Assembly: GCA_964304625.1 (NCBI GenBank)
Contig: OZ199839.1
Coordinates: 6,614,127-6,678,126, forward strand
Direction of reading: 5' to 3'
Origin: Kudoa neothunni
Lineage: Eukaryota > Animalia > Cnidaria
DNA length: 64,000 nucleotides
Both the position numbers and the translations under genes were made by a program. Below are positions 15,026 through 28,879 of the stretch, piece by piece (within the stretch, counting starts at the first letter, position 1; every line of letters begins with the position of its first letter). The notes beneath the pieces were generated by a model. It saw nothing but the letters and a program-made list of their open reading frames with translations, did not search any database and was not told the origin of the DNA.

Positions 15026-16409
15026 TTATGCGGGATTCAATGGAGTACCGCAAATAGCTTTGCAATCATCTAAGTTCTTGAAGTTATTCAAGTTCATGTC
15101 TTTTCCATTAAAGTTAAAGGATTGGCATTTTTCGCCAGTTGCTTGATCTTTGTTATAATAAAATCTTTGAATTTTGTATTTATCAGTATCAACTGACATC
15201 CCGGCTTTTGGTAGTAAACAAGCTTCAACAGCAGTTAACTGACCAACGTGACCAGCTACATAAATATTATTAAATTTTATTTGAAATTAAGTTCATACTT
15301 GCGGGACAGAAACTTGCGCACAACTCAACAGAGCTAAATATGTTCAATTTACCATCGTCAATTTTTGTGTCTGCGGGGTACAACTGTTTTTGACATGAAT
15401 GGTAAGCATAAAGCTAAGGTATTGTTGAAATAGTAGTACGTAGATACATGTGTCATTGTTGTGACATCTTCGGTGCTTTCTACCTGATGTGGGCCGTTGG
15501 CTTTGCACGCTGCAACTTTATTTTCTGTTTGAAAAAATAAAATATTTAATAATTTTTTAAAATTATACTTATGCAAGTCTTGACACAAGTTGGTAATTCA
15601 CGGAAAAATCCTCTATTGGCTCCTCTTCCAACAGCAGCATAAATACATCTGTCTCCGTCTTTATGGGGAACAATTCCCATTATTGGCGTTGCAGTTTTAA
15701 CTTCAGGTACAAAGGTGCAGTCAAATTTATTTGGTGTAGCCGTTATTTTAGTAGGGTCAATAGTCCCTTGTATCCCCCCGTTCTCTGTATCTAATACATA
15801 AAATATGAAATTTTTATCATTATTTAATTATCTTAGCATAAATTATCCTAAAATGTAATTACTTTGACAAACTTGTTTGCATTCCAATTCTGTGCCAAAG
15901 TTGTTTGCATTTCCACCACATCCGTTGTATTTGAAGCTGTGACATGAATTTTCTTTACCATCAACAACTTCCTTGCTGAAATACCATCTTGTTAACATTT
16001 TATCTCCTTCTAAACTACATGCTCCGTCATCTTTCTTGAATGCACAGGCACCAACTTTTTCTTCTGGTGTAAATTTTACTATTCCGCATTCAATAGTGAA
16101 TAAATCACAAAATAAATTTACAATGCTCATTGCAAGCGGATCTAGAGACAAAGTTGTTGAAATTACCAAGGGATCCCAGGTATGTAAAAGGTTTGCATGT
16201 GGCGTCAGTTTTATCAATATACCATCTTTCTACAGCTGCTTTTGCTTTTTCGGCATTATCCGTCAACCAAGCTGGTGGCTGACCTGCATCTTTTTCATAA
16301 GAAGGTAAAGCTCTCTCTATACAAAATAAGTAAATATAAAAAGCGAATCAAGTCAGTCACCAGCGGTAACAATTGCGAGGAAAAGAGAAAAAATTGTAAA
16401 CTCCAACAT
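15026..16409 (-). CDS. Secreted five-domain Kunitz/BPTI-like protein, paralog A (6 exons; +1 indel at 15375-15378)
   Basis: Signal-peptide exon MLEFTIFSLFLAIVTA is followed by five domain exons separated by phase-1 introns. Domain 2 has [13 protein letters not shown] and six Cys. Confidence 0.9.
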
Positions 16410-16853
16410 ATTGTCTATTAATGTATTACAATTAGATAATAAGTATTTATACGAGAATATTTTATACAATCTATTCATTATTGAAATAACTGAAGATTTA
16501 AAAACGATTGAATTGATTCAGCTTATAAATATTTGTTGATACCGATCAAAATTAAAAGGAATATCAAGTTAATAAATTTATTTTAGATTATTATTATTAA
16601 CTGTAACGTCGTATAGAAACACATTTTAATTAATGTTAGGCTTTTGAAATTTTCAATATTTTCTATTTATTACGTAATTTAAACAGATTTCCGTTCGTAT
16701 TATTTTATTAATATGGCATAAAATAATTATGATCTCTATTTCCTATAAATATTATAGTAGATTTTATCTGATATCGGTACACTTACTTCTATGAATTGTA
16801 CTATTGTATGTTGCATGTTTACTCATATTGTTTCCGCGTGATCATGGATAATA

Positions 16854-18415
16854 TAGGGTTTTCCGAGCTTTAACAACACTGTGTCAAGCATTAGCAACAT
16901 TGTGTCAAGCTTTAACAACACGTGTCTAAATTTGGAATCTAATTAAGTAGAGAATTCATATTTATAATTCAGAAAATATCAAATGAGTGGTAATTATGTA
17001 TAACATAGTTGATTTGTATAATATTTATGAAATAAATAAGATACCAGTAACGATTCTCAAATTACAGCCCCCCCCCCCCCCAAAAAAACGAGACGGACAA
17101 TCTCAAATGTCACAAGGTCAATGATTATTAACCAATGTGAAAAAAAATATAGCAACTCTATAATTGCAGAAAACGTCGGTGTACATCGATGCACCGTTGC
17201 TTCAATTGTAAAAGCCTACCTAGTTGACGGAAAGGTAGAATCTTTAAAGCGGGGTGGCGATTATTCCACAAAGCTAACTGATGAACAAAAGTTGTTTATT
17301 AGAAATTGGGTGGACGAAGACGCAACAATTACTCTCAAAGCCCTTCGCCTGAAATTAATTGACGAATGTGGAGTAAGCGTAAGTGCAAGCACTATTAACA
17401 GATGCTTGAAACAATTCCACTATTCGTTAAAAATAGTTACAATTGTCCCCGAGCGAAGGAATTGTGAGAATACTTTAGAACAGCGCCTTGTGTATGCTCA
17501 AAACTTTAACTCAAAAATTCTTGAGATTGAAGATAAAAATTTTATTTTTATCGATGAAGTTGGGTTCAGCGTATCTACGCGAACTAGAAAAGGTCGTTCC
17601 CTTGCTGGTACATCAGCTTACGTTCCTGTTGGAGGCGTTAGAACAAGGAACATATCCGTTATAGCCTCAATGAGTAAATACGGTATGGTATTTTATAAAG
17701 TTAATCGGCGACCAGTGAATGGAGAGGATTTTAAGGAATATCTTATTGAGCTAGTAGATTTTTGTCACTCGATCGAAATAGATAATCCATGCTTCATATT
17801 GGACAACGCGAGAATTCATCATTATCGTGGACTTACAGATGTGCTGAACTCTATGCAATTGATATTGATGTACCTGCCTCCATATTCGCCATTTTTGAAC
17901 CCGATCGAAAATGTGTTCAGTAAATGGAAGAACCATGTTATATGGGGCTCAGCAAGGGATGAACCTGATCTTTTAAACCTAATAGATGATGGGTTTAAAA
18001 TTATCACCCCTGATGATTGTTCCGGATACTATCGAAAGATGCTTCGATATGTTTCCAGATGTCTCAACAGAGAAATTATTATGGAATAAATATAAATTTT
18101 ATCATCTTTAAGAAGATTATATATTATATCCTCCCAATTTGACATTATTATTTTATACGCGCATCAAAACTGCGGAATTTGTAATTAATCTTGAGTTACA
18201 TCTAGTGCTGTGTTAATTTAGTAAAGTTTATTTCATTTAAGCTTAATCACGTTTATCGTTGTGTATAAAAATTTTGTTTTTAATCTCGACTTGTTAAAAA
18301 AGTTCAAATTATTTCTTTTATTAGTTAATGCAGCAAACCCTGGAATCGTGTTGTTAAAGCTTGACACAATGTTGCTAATGCTTGACACAGTGTTGTTAAA
18401 GCTCGGAAAACCCTA
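16854..18415 (+). mobile_element. Intact Tc1/IS630-superfamily DD34E transposon
   Basis: Perfect ~69-bp TIRs (16854-16922 / 18347-18415) carry internal ~21-bp direct repeats and are flanked by TA. The transposase ORF is uninterrupted. Confidence 0.95.
16983..18089 (+). CDS. DD34E transposase with a 5' phase-1 intron (16990-17040)
   Basis: ATG AGT G|GT..AG|AT ACC splices in frame into ORF 17121-18089. It has an HTH N-terminus and the motifs FIDEVGF, ILDNARIH and LPPYSPFLNPIE, with 34 residues between the second D and the E. Confidence 0.88.
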
Positions 18416-18424
18416 TATTTTCTA

Positions 18425-20472
18425 CTAGCGCAAAAGCCCCGCTTCGTGATAGCTTCCTTGCCCAGCTAAGTAGACTAAAACCTGGCACAGACTAAAGCCT
18501 TTTTGATTTTTAAGTAAATAGCGCCAATGTCCAATATGTCTGGTACAGTATCATGGAAAATTTTAACTTTTAGTTTTATTTTTGAATGGAGAAATTCTAC
18601 GTAAGATTTAATCTAATTAGCACGTTAAACCCTGTAAAATTTATTTTTATATTTTAATTGTTGCATTTTAAAGCTTGTCATTATTTTTGCAATGTGATAA
18701 TTTAGATAAACGAAATTATGCCCGCACTTTCTATTCAAATATAACTAGACGTATTGGGGGAAATTAATGAACATTTTTAAGTTTATTTCACAAATTATAG
18801 ACCAGAAATGTAATGAACTTAATTTTAAGAGATATGTAATTAGCGATTAAAGTTCAGTTATTTATGAAACAAAATCATTAAGTAACATAAATAGGATTTT
18901 CAGTTCTTTTCAAAATTTTGCAATAAAAATTAATCCTTCTAGTTATAAAATTTATTATTAGTCTACAAACGATAAAATAAATAAAATCAACCTAAGATGC
19001 CTCCGAAATATAAATATTAATCGTTACTCCTCTTTTTGCAATTTTATAATGGTGCCAACGATGTTTTAAAAAGTTGTGAGCGGTAACTTATGTATTCATT
19101 ATTGTAACAAAATTTCCCCATTTATAAATAAACTCAACCTTTTCTTAATAAAAATACTTACTGGTTCAAAAATCTACAAATTTAATTAACAAAATATGAT
19201 TAAATCAAAAATGTAAAGGTGTTTTTGGTTTGAAAAATTACAATAATGCTTAAACATCAACTGGTTTTCTTGAAGGAGTGCATCCTTTTAAAAATTAACG
19301 TACTGTTTGATTGCCCTAAACAAATTTCTTCGTATTTAACTATTCTTAGATTAACAAAAACGTTGTGAAAATATTGGTTAGATTGAATAGATCAATAATT
19401 TCCTATTAACTTACATGGCACGCATTGAAAAGGGACTGTATTTTGTGCAAACGTAATCGTGAATATAAATTCTTAAATTACGTATAGAATGCGGTGTCGC
19501 ATATTTTCATGCAGCTTTTATATCAATGAATTAATGCGAGCCTAAAGAAAACAGTACATTGATTTGAATATTAACATTAAGGTCTAGAGGTAAGGAATAA
19601 TTAGGTTACTAAGAACTTAAACATTATTTAAAAAATTGTCTCATCAAATTTAGAAACTTATCGAATTAGTGATGCCAGCTATTTTTCAAGAAAGTTTAGG
19701 AAAACCAAAAAATGAGTAAAAACTTATCGAAAAGACGAGTATAGTTTCAATCTCAATCGACATATTTGATAAAAAGAAATATTTACATCTCAGGAATTCA
19801 AATGGAGCATAATTTTCATTTAAGTTATCACAAAAATTTAATCATTTGAAAAATCTACACACATCTTACATCGTTTTTAGAATGCGTATAGAAACCCAAA
19901 TTATTCCAACATTACAACAACTTTTAATCTCAAATTATGTATTTTATTTAAAATGATCAAGATCTATTTTGCTTAACTAATCTATAACGTTCGAAAAGAG
20001 AATATACACACCAAACAACTTGTTTTTGTTTTATATTTTAAGGGAAATGTGACAACTCTTGTAAATGAGACGTTAATAGTTTTATTAATCTCAAAAGTAC
20101 TCCGAGCAGGCATATGTAAAATTTTTAGAACATTCTATACCATAATTAATAGACTCTTTTTCTATATTAGGAGCAAAAGTTCATTTTGTTTGGCTAATCA
20201 ATCTGAAGTAAACAAATATCAATATTATGTCGGTACTTTTTAATCCGCTATTTGTGAAGACAACCGGAAAATTCCTTACTTCGGACTGTGTTATTGACTA
20301 TATTTATACTTCTAAGTAAATGTTCGATTTTTATTAATGGGGTTTTCTATTCAAATACAAACTTACAGATATATTTAAAGAAAGTTTCTCCAAGGCATAT
20401 GAGTACAGCTGAAAACTGACACACACACCGACAGACATAAAAACTTTAATATGTATATGTATATAGAATAGA
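18425..20472 (-). mobile_element. Non-autonomous Helitron-like element, ~2.05 kb (copy 1)
   Basis: On the minus strand it reads A|TCTATT..AAAG..GTGTGT at the 5' end and has a GC-rich subterminal segment then CTAG|T at the 3' end. It is collinear with 33014-35280. Confidence 0.75.
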
Positions 20473-20473
20473 T

Positions 20474-22450
20474 GTAATGACTTCAGGTTTTTTGTATTTA
20501 CCGAGGAGGTAACCAGAAGTATAACTGACTTTTTTTGGGACTTAAGACACCAACAATATTTTCCCATGGAAATGAAAAAGTGAACTATAAAGTTCCCTTG
20601 ATTTATTTGCCTGCAATAATTGGGGGAAGTCTCTTTTGTTTTACCTGAGTGTTCCAACCATGGCCATACCAAGGTTTAATAATTTATTGGCGAGGGGAAC
20701 TGACGTGAAATAATTGTCAGCGACAAAATTTCTACCACTCTCTTTTAAATACGACACAAGGTCTAACACTGTGTTTTCACCTAAACATTTTTCTCTTTGA
20801 TTATTTTGTTTTCCAAGATAAATTGAGATATTGAGACAAAAGTTCGTTTATGGGTCAACAAGCAAGAAAACTTTGATTCAATACAGCAGCCGCTTTAGAA
20901 GGCATGTATGGTTCGAAACGGCATTTCCCCCTCAAAAAGCAACCAGTTGTTCATTAACGGTTAAATTGGAATTAGGAACAAGACAAATAGGAAGAATTTC
21001 TTTCCACTTTCAAATATTTCCTGTATTTGACAAAATTTATCGGTTGGTTTTCTTTCGGCTCTGGTTGTATAATCGTCGAAATGGAGTGCTCTTGTAATTT
21101 CAATAAATCTTCTCAAAGGTATGCTACTCCTAAATATTTCCCTACCTTTATCCTTACTCCAAAGGGTTTTTAAAGACTCTAATTTTGATGTGGATATTGC
21201 CATATATATCAGAACACCTATGTAGATGCGGAATTCCACATTTGATAACTGTTTCCACGATCGACTGCAGTGATATGAGCAAATTTATTTGTATTCCGTA
21301 AAATGGTATCATAAATGCCATCACCAAAAAAAATATCTAAGCAATCAGCGAATCCTTTTATACTATGTGTCGCATAAGCAGTAACACCCGGGGCTTTGTT
21401 TAAAATATTTTCTTTGCACATATTCGATGTTTTCGGGACTTCAGTATTCCATATTACACCATTTTTGTCGGAGTATACATCGAGGGATTCAGTATCATTA
21501 TCATCAGATTCGAAAGAATCGGGAAGATTATCCGTATACCGTCCCACATCAACGGATTCGATTCAGTAACTTTCACAACTATCAGAATATGTGTCGTCAA
21601 ATGCACTCATACCTACAGTCGTATGCTTCGATATTCCTCGCAGATTATCGTCGTTATTTGTTTCGTTATTTTCTCATAAATTATTCGATAGAATCTGTTT
21701 CATTTTTAATATGATGCATATAATAATTTTTACAGTTGTTTAAGCTGATAAAAATGTGGGGTCTAATAAACACAAAAAAGCACAATGTGTATAAAGTTGA
21801 TTTATTTCCCTTATAACTTAAATATTTTTACAAAATAAATGATTATAATATTCATGTGTTCCTTTTAGGAGAATACACCGGATATAAATCTTATCTGATT
21901 CCGATAAGAAAGTAAAATTAATAACGCGAAATGTTTTAAGGTCTATTAGACCCAAAAGCACTCGGAAGGTTAAAGAATTAGATGAAGCATTGGTTTCAAC
22001 TTTCGAATTATCGGATGACGTATCACGCATAAAGGCATAATCCATGTCTGAAGAATCAGTATCAGAACAGCTGCCGCTAGATTCATTCGAGCTCATTACA
22101 TCAATGTCAGCTTGGCGCACGCGCATTGCAATATGTCCAGTACTATTTGTTGATTTAAACAATAATTCGTCGACGAAAGTATATCGAATTTAACAAAAAA
22201 ATATTATTTTTTATTCGGAAGAATTTAATCAAAAAAATGTAGGGTGTAAAAATACCCCAATTTTACTCGGAGGGTATTTTTGCGTTATATTTTATTTTAC
22301 AAACAAAAAATTTCTATCAGGTAGATTATGTATAATAAAATGTTAGAAGATTAGATGGAATATACAAAATTTCACTCTTAGATTTGAGGTAAAAAATTAA
22401 AGACTAAATAGGCCTGGGTATAAAAATACCCCATTTTACTTGGAAGGTTA
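20474..22450 (-). mobile_element. piggyBac transposase remnant with GGAAGG-TTAA ends at ~21975 and ~22450
   Basis: ORFs 21218-21547 and 20961-21239 (LWSKDKGREIFRSSIPLRRF..ALHFDD) plus the further fragments TVNEQLVAF, GRNFVADNYFTS and KKPEVI. Confidence 0.85.
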
Positions 22451-23308
22451 AACAAAGCGCCGAAATGATTTCGTTCCATTTAAACCAAAAATCAATTGAG
22501 ATTTTAAGGAATAGTTTACTTTTCCATTTTTATATTTTGTTTAATATTTTTTACTTTACGAAAATAATTAAAAATATAGTATCAAAAGAGTCTTTTACTA
22601 GTCGTAATTCAGACACATTATTTATATTAATAAAAAGAATTATAAAACTGATTAAATTGAAATAAGAAATTTCCTCACTAAAAAGAATAAAAAATTGTGT
22701 ACAGTGATAACTTTGGTGGTTATCTTCCAATTTAATTCATGTGGAATAATCCAATCTTTTTTGCTTTAAGATGTAACTAAATATTGAATTCGTAAATATA
22801 TTTACATCAAAATTCAGAAATAATATATTCATTTAATGAGAAGAATGAATAGCTTCTAAGATAGTTTTAAAAATTTCTCGCTAACTTATGACGAAATTAA
22901 ATGCATTTTATAAAAATTCCACGTCCACACTTCTATTCATAAAATTAAAAAGTGATACTACGGATTTTTATTAATTAAAATAGATTGCAGAGAAAAATCC
23001 TTACATTAATTAGTGTTTCGATTTGGAAGCATAAAATCGAATGGATATCTTTATTTATGCATCGATAGACTTTTTATTGCGTAATGAAAAAACATATTAC
23101 AAATAATTTATGGATTTATGATATATATATATATATACATATAAAATTGATTAATATATAAAATAGAATTCTAATATGTACAAATCAAACTGTTTATTTT
23201 TAAATATTATTTTATTTTTTTACCTAAACTTTTTAGCAAACATTTCTAACAAATAAAATAATTTTGCTTTGTATGAGCCGTATTTATTTATCCACATTAA
23301 TAGCTATT

Positions 23309-23410
23309 CATAAATGTCAGTGAATTAATCATATTAATGAACTATGAATAAATTGAGCACTGAGTACGTCTTAACGTAGGCAATTGATACTTAATATCAT
23401 TTATAAACGA
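23309..23410 (+). promoter_or_regulatory. Conserved upstream block of Kunitz paralogs with TATAAA ~30 nt before the ATG
   Basis: The block TGTCAGT.AAT.AATCA.ATTA.T.AACTATGAAT.AATTGA is shared with 36620-36720 and 63144-63245, and more weakly with 53095-53190. Confidence 0.55.
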
Positions 23411-23431
23411 TTTTTTACATTATTGTGAATT

Positions 23432-24814
23432 ATGTTGGTGCTTTCATTATTTTCTCTTTTCTTAGCAATTGTTACCGCCGGTGACTAACCTGATTCGTTA
23501 TTTATATTTATTTATTTTGTATAGAGAGAGCTCTACCTTCTTATGAAAAAGATGCAGGTCAGCCACCAGCCTGGTTGGCGGATGATGCCGAAAAAGCAAA
23601 GGCCGCTGTAGAAAGATGGTATATTGACAAAGATGACGCCACTTGCAAACCTTTTATTTATCTGGGGTCCCTCGGAAATTTCAACAACTTTGTTTCAAGA
23701 TCTGCTTGCAACGAACATCGTACATTGCGCATAATTTATTTTAGCGTTTAATATGGAAATAGTAAAATTTAAACCAGAAGAACAAGCGGATGCTTGTGGT
23801 CAACCCAAAGCAGATGGAAATTGTGGTTTAAACGGGCGATAGAATGCTAAAGAGATGGTATTTCAACAAGGATACTGTCGAAGGAAAGACAGCCGCTTGC
23901 CACAGCTTCAAATACAACGGATGTGGTGGAAACGCAAACAACTTTAAATCAGAGTTGGAATGCAAACAAGCTTGTCAAAGTGATTCTCGCATTAATACAT
24001 AGAATGTTTGAAATAAAATATTGAACAAATGATACAATTAATTCATATTAATGTTAACAGATAACGTAAATGGTGGAATGTCTCAAGGACCATTCGACGC
24101 TAACACCATGACAGCTACTCCAAATGTATTTGATTGTAAGTTTTTACCCCAAGTAAAAACTGCCCAACCAAAAATGGGAATTGTTCCCCACAAAGACGGA
24201 AATAGATGTGTTTATGCTGCTATTGGAGCGACAGCAACGAGAGGATTTTTCGACGATTTACCAACATGTGTAAAGGCTTGCATAAGTATATAATACAAAA
24301 TAGTCAATATACTATTTATCTCAAATAGGAAATAAAGTTGCAGCATGCGACGCTACAGGCCCATATCAAGTTCCATCAGAGTCAGCAGTCACAGATGGTG
24401 TAAATGAGTACTTCTACTTTAACAAAACCCTAGCATTATGCTTACCCTTTATGTCAAAAACAGTAACAGAAACCACAAACATTAACGATGGTGCATTAAA
24501 CATATTTAGCTCTGTTGAGCTTTGTGCAAGTTTCTGTCCCGCAAGTATTGATTAAATTGATAATAATATTTAATTTAAATAAAGTTGCTCAAATTGGCCA
24601 ATTAACTGCAGTGGAAGCTTGCAAACTCCCAAAAGCTGGAGAATCAAGTGACACTGATACATACAAAATTAGTAGACATTATTATGACCATACTGCAACG
24701 ACTGAGCCAAAATGCAAGGGATTTACTTTCAACGGAAAAGACATGAATCTGAATAATTTCAAGGATAAAAATGACTGTGATAAAATTTGCAGGGATCCTT
24801 TGTCAACCTCCTAG
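23432..24814 (+). CDS. Secreted five-domain Kunitz-like protein, paralog B (+1 indel at 23834-23836)
   Basis: Leader MLVLSLFSLFLAIVTA and the same six-exon phase-1 structure. It has the Kunitz motifs [15 protein letters not shown] and [11 protein letters not shown]. Confidence 0.9.
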
Positions 24815-25779
24815 TCAAATCATCTAATTCTATATTATTATAGTTTAACTTATTTACGAGCTTTAATCTATTGATTATATTATACGTTATTACTTTTGAG
24901 ATTTTCAGTCGTCAAAAGTATACAATTATCCATTAATGTACTGATTATAGTAACTATTTATTTAAAAAATTTAGTCATACTTCAAAAAATGAGGATGAAT
25001 CAAGATTTATCCACTAAGGACGCAAAAATTACCCCACAAAATTTTTCATCCGATATAAATATGTTTATTAAATAAATTTCACTAATAATAAAATAATATA
25101 TTTTAGAGTATGTTTAAGTTAAAAATAAACTATTGGAGAGTAGTTCTCATTATTCAAATTATGTTTCATTTATCTAATAGTATCACTAGGTTGTTATTAT
25201 TTAGTTGATTCAGTTGTTCCATTATTGAAAATGATAATAAAATAATGGAAATATAAGTTTTAAAAATTAATATAAAACTAAAAAAAATTTAATGTGATCA
25301 TCATATTTGTTTGACGTGTGTTTTGTAACCAAGTCTGAAATTTCAATCCGAACGATTAATTTTTTCTGAAGAGTGTGAGCAAATATTAAATCTGGGTCTT
25401 TTGATTTCGGATTCATTTTAGACAGTGGCTGTTCTCATCGAAACAAATAACTCTTCCGTTATAGATGATATTTCAAATGTTAATTCGAATTTAGCTATTT
25501 TTAATCTTATTTTTTATGTAAAAATTGTTTGAAAATTTAAAGAATAAAAATTCAACACTTTGTTTGTCCACTTTACACTGTTCAATACGTACACTCACAT
25601 TTCTTGAGCCTAATATTGTGTTATATAAACATTTTAATTGAAATGAAAATTAAAAACATTTACTATTAAGTAGAAACTGTTCCTTTCGTACATTCTTGTG
25701 TCACCCACCATGTTTGAAATTCGGGGATGGCAATTTCGATCGTGCGCCGCCTTTTCGTTCGTTTTCCTTTAATTGTTCT

Positions 25780-26317
25780 CCATTATGATGAATATAATTG
25801 AAGTGAAAAACAAAATTGAGAAAGCGGAGCTTTTTCTTTGGAAAAAGTCCTCCATTCGAAGCAAAGAATGGGAACATTTTCTTCATATTTTCGAGAGACA
25901 TCAGGATGAATCGTTCCAGATCCCGTTTGTTATACGCATTAGATGCAATATGATTATTTCACATAATTCTCTTAACGGAAATAGAAAAATTATAGACCAT
26001 ATCTCAATATGCACTCCTCGGTTACCGATTGTTCAATTTACTTCTATCCCGACTGCATTATCTATACCAGAAAAGAATCTTTTACATGAGAAGATTTCAA
26101 ATTTTGTGGTCGATACTCTAAGCCCTTTCAAGATCGTCGAAAATAAAAGTTTTATCGATTTGATTGAGTATGCGTATAATTTGGGTGGTAAACATGGAAG
26201 CAGAACCCTCCTACAGGCGGCATCAATAATTAATTGGTTAACAATTAATTGATTTCTAAATTTTTTTAATTGCAAAAATTGATTGCAAACGTAAAAATTA
26301 ATTTTTGATGATCCCTG
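25780..26317 (+). mobile_element. hAT transposase fragment (BED finger + Hermes-type DNA-binding region)
   Basis: RSKEWEHF..IRC..H..H..C and FVVDTLSPFKIVENKSFIDLI in ORF 25773-26252. Confidence 0.65.
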
Positions 26318-26599
26318 ATCTACAATGTTATGTGGAACATTATTCTATTAACATTAAGCGATAAGAGTAGAAAAACTTTACATGAAACACTTTTGTTTGT
26401 CAATTTTTGGAGGGCGAAACTGATAACAATCTTCATCCCGACATTTATTTTTGGATGAGGAAGTAGGTTATGCGATTTATGCGCTTCGTTAATTGTTTGA
26501 AGTATGTTGTGTTAATTTCACAAAAAATATCTAATACTTCATGCTGCTGATCTAACTTTATGGGGGCCTTTCATCGTGACTTGGAGTGTTATATCAACC

Positions 26600-27100
26600 T
26601 CTATTTTCTTCTTAAGAATGCCGTCTGTATCTATCATTGTAATAGGATCAGAAGTTGGGTGGATTTCCTAAACAAGCTTAAAATGGTAGGTATAGCTATT
26701 TTTCCTGTTAAACATATCTTGAGTGTTTGAAAAATATGCACCTGTTCTGAAGAAATGTTGCTGATCGATTTTAAGCATGCATATGCAAATCTTCCAAGAA
26801 ATACATTTTGTAAAATGTCGGTTCGCCTTAGTCTTATAGCTACGATGATCCAATTCCATGGCCAATTTGACCCTAAATCTTAAAGCAACCACAAATCCTG
26901 ATTGGTTGAACTAAGATGAACGCATTAGTTTGAAAAGTGGCCTTGTATTATGTAGTTGTCTTTGAATATGCTTGTGGAAGTATTTTGAATTTTTTCGTCC
27001 GCAATTTCCAAGATTTTTCTTGTGACGAAATTTCGTTGGTAAGCATTTATAAGAATTCATGTTAAAAATTTAATCTACCTCATTGTTATAGGTATGATTC
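26600..27100 (-). mobile_element. Degraded Helitron Rep/helicase N-terminal fragment
   Basis: Broken frames give SKYFHKHI and FKIxGQIGHGIGS, similar to the FKIQGQxYHxIGSL motif of Helitron RepHel proteins. A separate plus-strand Helitron-like 3' end (CCGGGTATTACGGCTAG|T) lies at ~27548-27565. Confidence 0.45.
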
Positions 27101-28879
27101 AACTGAACAAGCCAATGAAAGAATTCAAGTAAAAATTCAATTTCGGATTCTATATCCTTTTATGCGTTGACTGTATAGTTGTATTCCGCTGCAATGCTTC
27201 ACGTATACGTCGATTTCTATTTGCTTTTCTTTGTTTCTTAAAACCAAGGATGTATCAAATAATTATGATGAGATTTAAACGAAATGAGGTTCATTTGTTT
27301 GTATTATAATTTTTTAAATTTATTTATATTAGGTTTTTTCATTTTCTCCTTAAATGTAAAAACTACTTACGTTATTAAGTAAAATTTTGTTGTTTCGTTT
27401 ATGTCTGTTTATTTCGCGCAGTAAATTTTCGGCTGATTTTTATGCTATTAACATATTGAAACGTTTATTGTATTAAAAAAATATAAATTAAAGCAGTTTT
27501 ATTTCAATTTTTCCCCTGAATTAAATATTCCCAAACCTCGAGAGCAGCCGGGTATTACGGCTAGTTTATTATAAAATCAGAAGGTTTTCACGTGTGCAAA
27601 GGACGAATTTGTGGAGGTGGATACTCCCCTGTTACCCATTTTTTGTTCAGGAGTTCTTTCCATGCTACCAAGAACCCATGCTCCGTTAACACCATGACCT
27701 CAGTTATGTTTGACCTTGCCAAACACAGACTCATCAATCTCAATTATTATACTTTCTCCACCAATAACAATATCTTCAAATTCTAAACTATCGGACACCA
27801 TTTTTCGAAGATAATGAGAATAATTAACTGATAGTTTGCGAAGAATGACCAGTGATTGTTGTCAGGTGGCCGCTCTTTACTCCTACCAACCAATAATAAG
27901 CCATGTGCCAAGAAATCATGGACTTTAATTTTCATATTTTCGAAAAAAGTTTATTCAAAAATAGAAATTTCTCTTCTGCAGGCCTTTGAGGAATATCACC
28001 AATTTTTTCTATGGATCGAAAATCGTGGTCCTTCACGATTGATACAGTTAGAAGGTGCATTGAAGATACCGATCTCGATAAGATAAATGATAGAGCTGCA
28101 AAATATGATATCAAATGACTTCCTCGGTGCGATCATTTAGACAGAGTTAACAATTAACATTCGGAAAATCATTAAATACAACACTTTGTTGTGTTTATTC
28201 CTAAAAAGTCGAAAGATTAGTGAGGGGTCGAAATCAAATGTAATCCCAATATTAATTTTTATTATAAAAGGAAATTATTATAATTGAAACATAGTAATTT
28301 ATTTAAGTAGTATAAAACGGTAACAAAAAATTCTCCATTGGCGGAGGATTAATACGGCCCTGTGGGATTAACATTTGTAAATCTCCAAACAATCTTACTA
28401 CAGTAAAATTTTAACATTTCTGATAATAACACAATTAATTTTAAACTAATAAAAATCATTAAATAAACAATATATCAAAATTGGACAGTGACATTCGAAC
28501 GTTAACATAAATTTTTGAAAACGTGCCATTTTAAAATGCAATAATTTTTATCTTAATAATAAAATCCGGTACCTTTTATTATTTAAAAGGAAGCCTTTAA
28601 ACATCAAAGAGGCAATCAGAAAATTATAGAGAAAGAAATTCGGTTTTCTATGAATTATGAACAAAATGCGTCTTTTGGGGTATCTGAGTGCCCCCTCGGA
28701 CAGGCAGGGTTAACAGGTATTCATAAAACTATTACCTGTCATTTTGTTGTATGCCTCATTTACCTTTTAGTGGTGAAGCCTATTCATAATAATAATACTT
28801 AAAATGACTATTGTCATGGTGTATTATGCTCAAGTTTCATTAGTTTTGACTATTTATAATTATTTCTAACCCTTAGAGC

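Noticed and set aside
15973-16421. ORFs antisense to Kunitz exons (also 36845-37314, 53523-54007, 63371-63778)
   Set aside because: They are shadows of the conserved coding strand and recur only because the genes are paralogous.
16864-16922. Three ~21-bp direct repeats resembling a mini CRISPR or iteron array
   Set aside because: There are no spacers, and they are mirrored at 18347-18405 as part of the transposon TIR.
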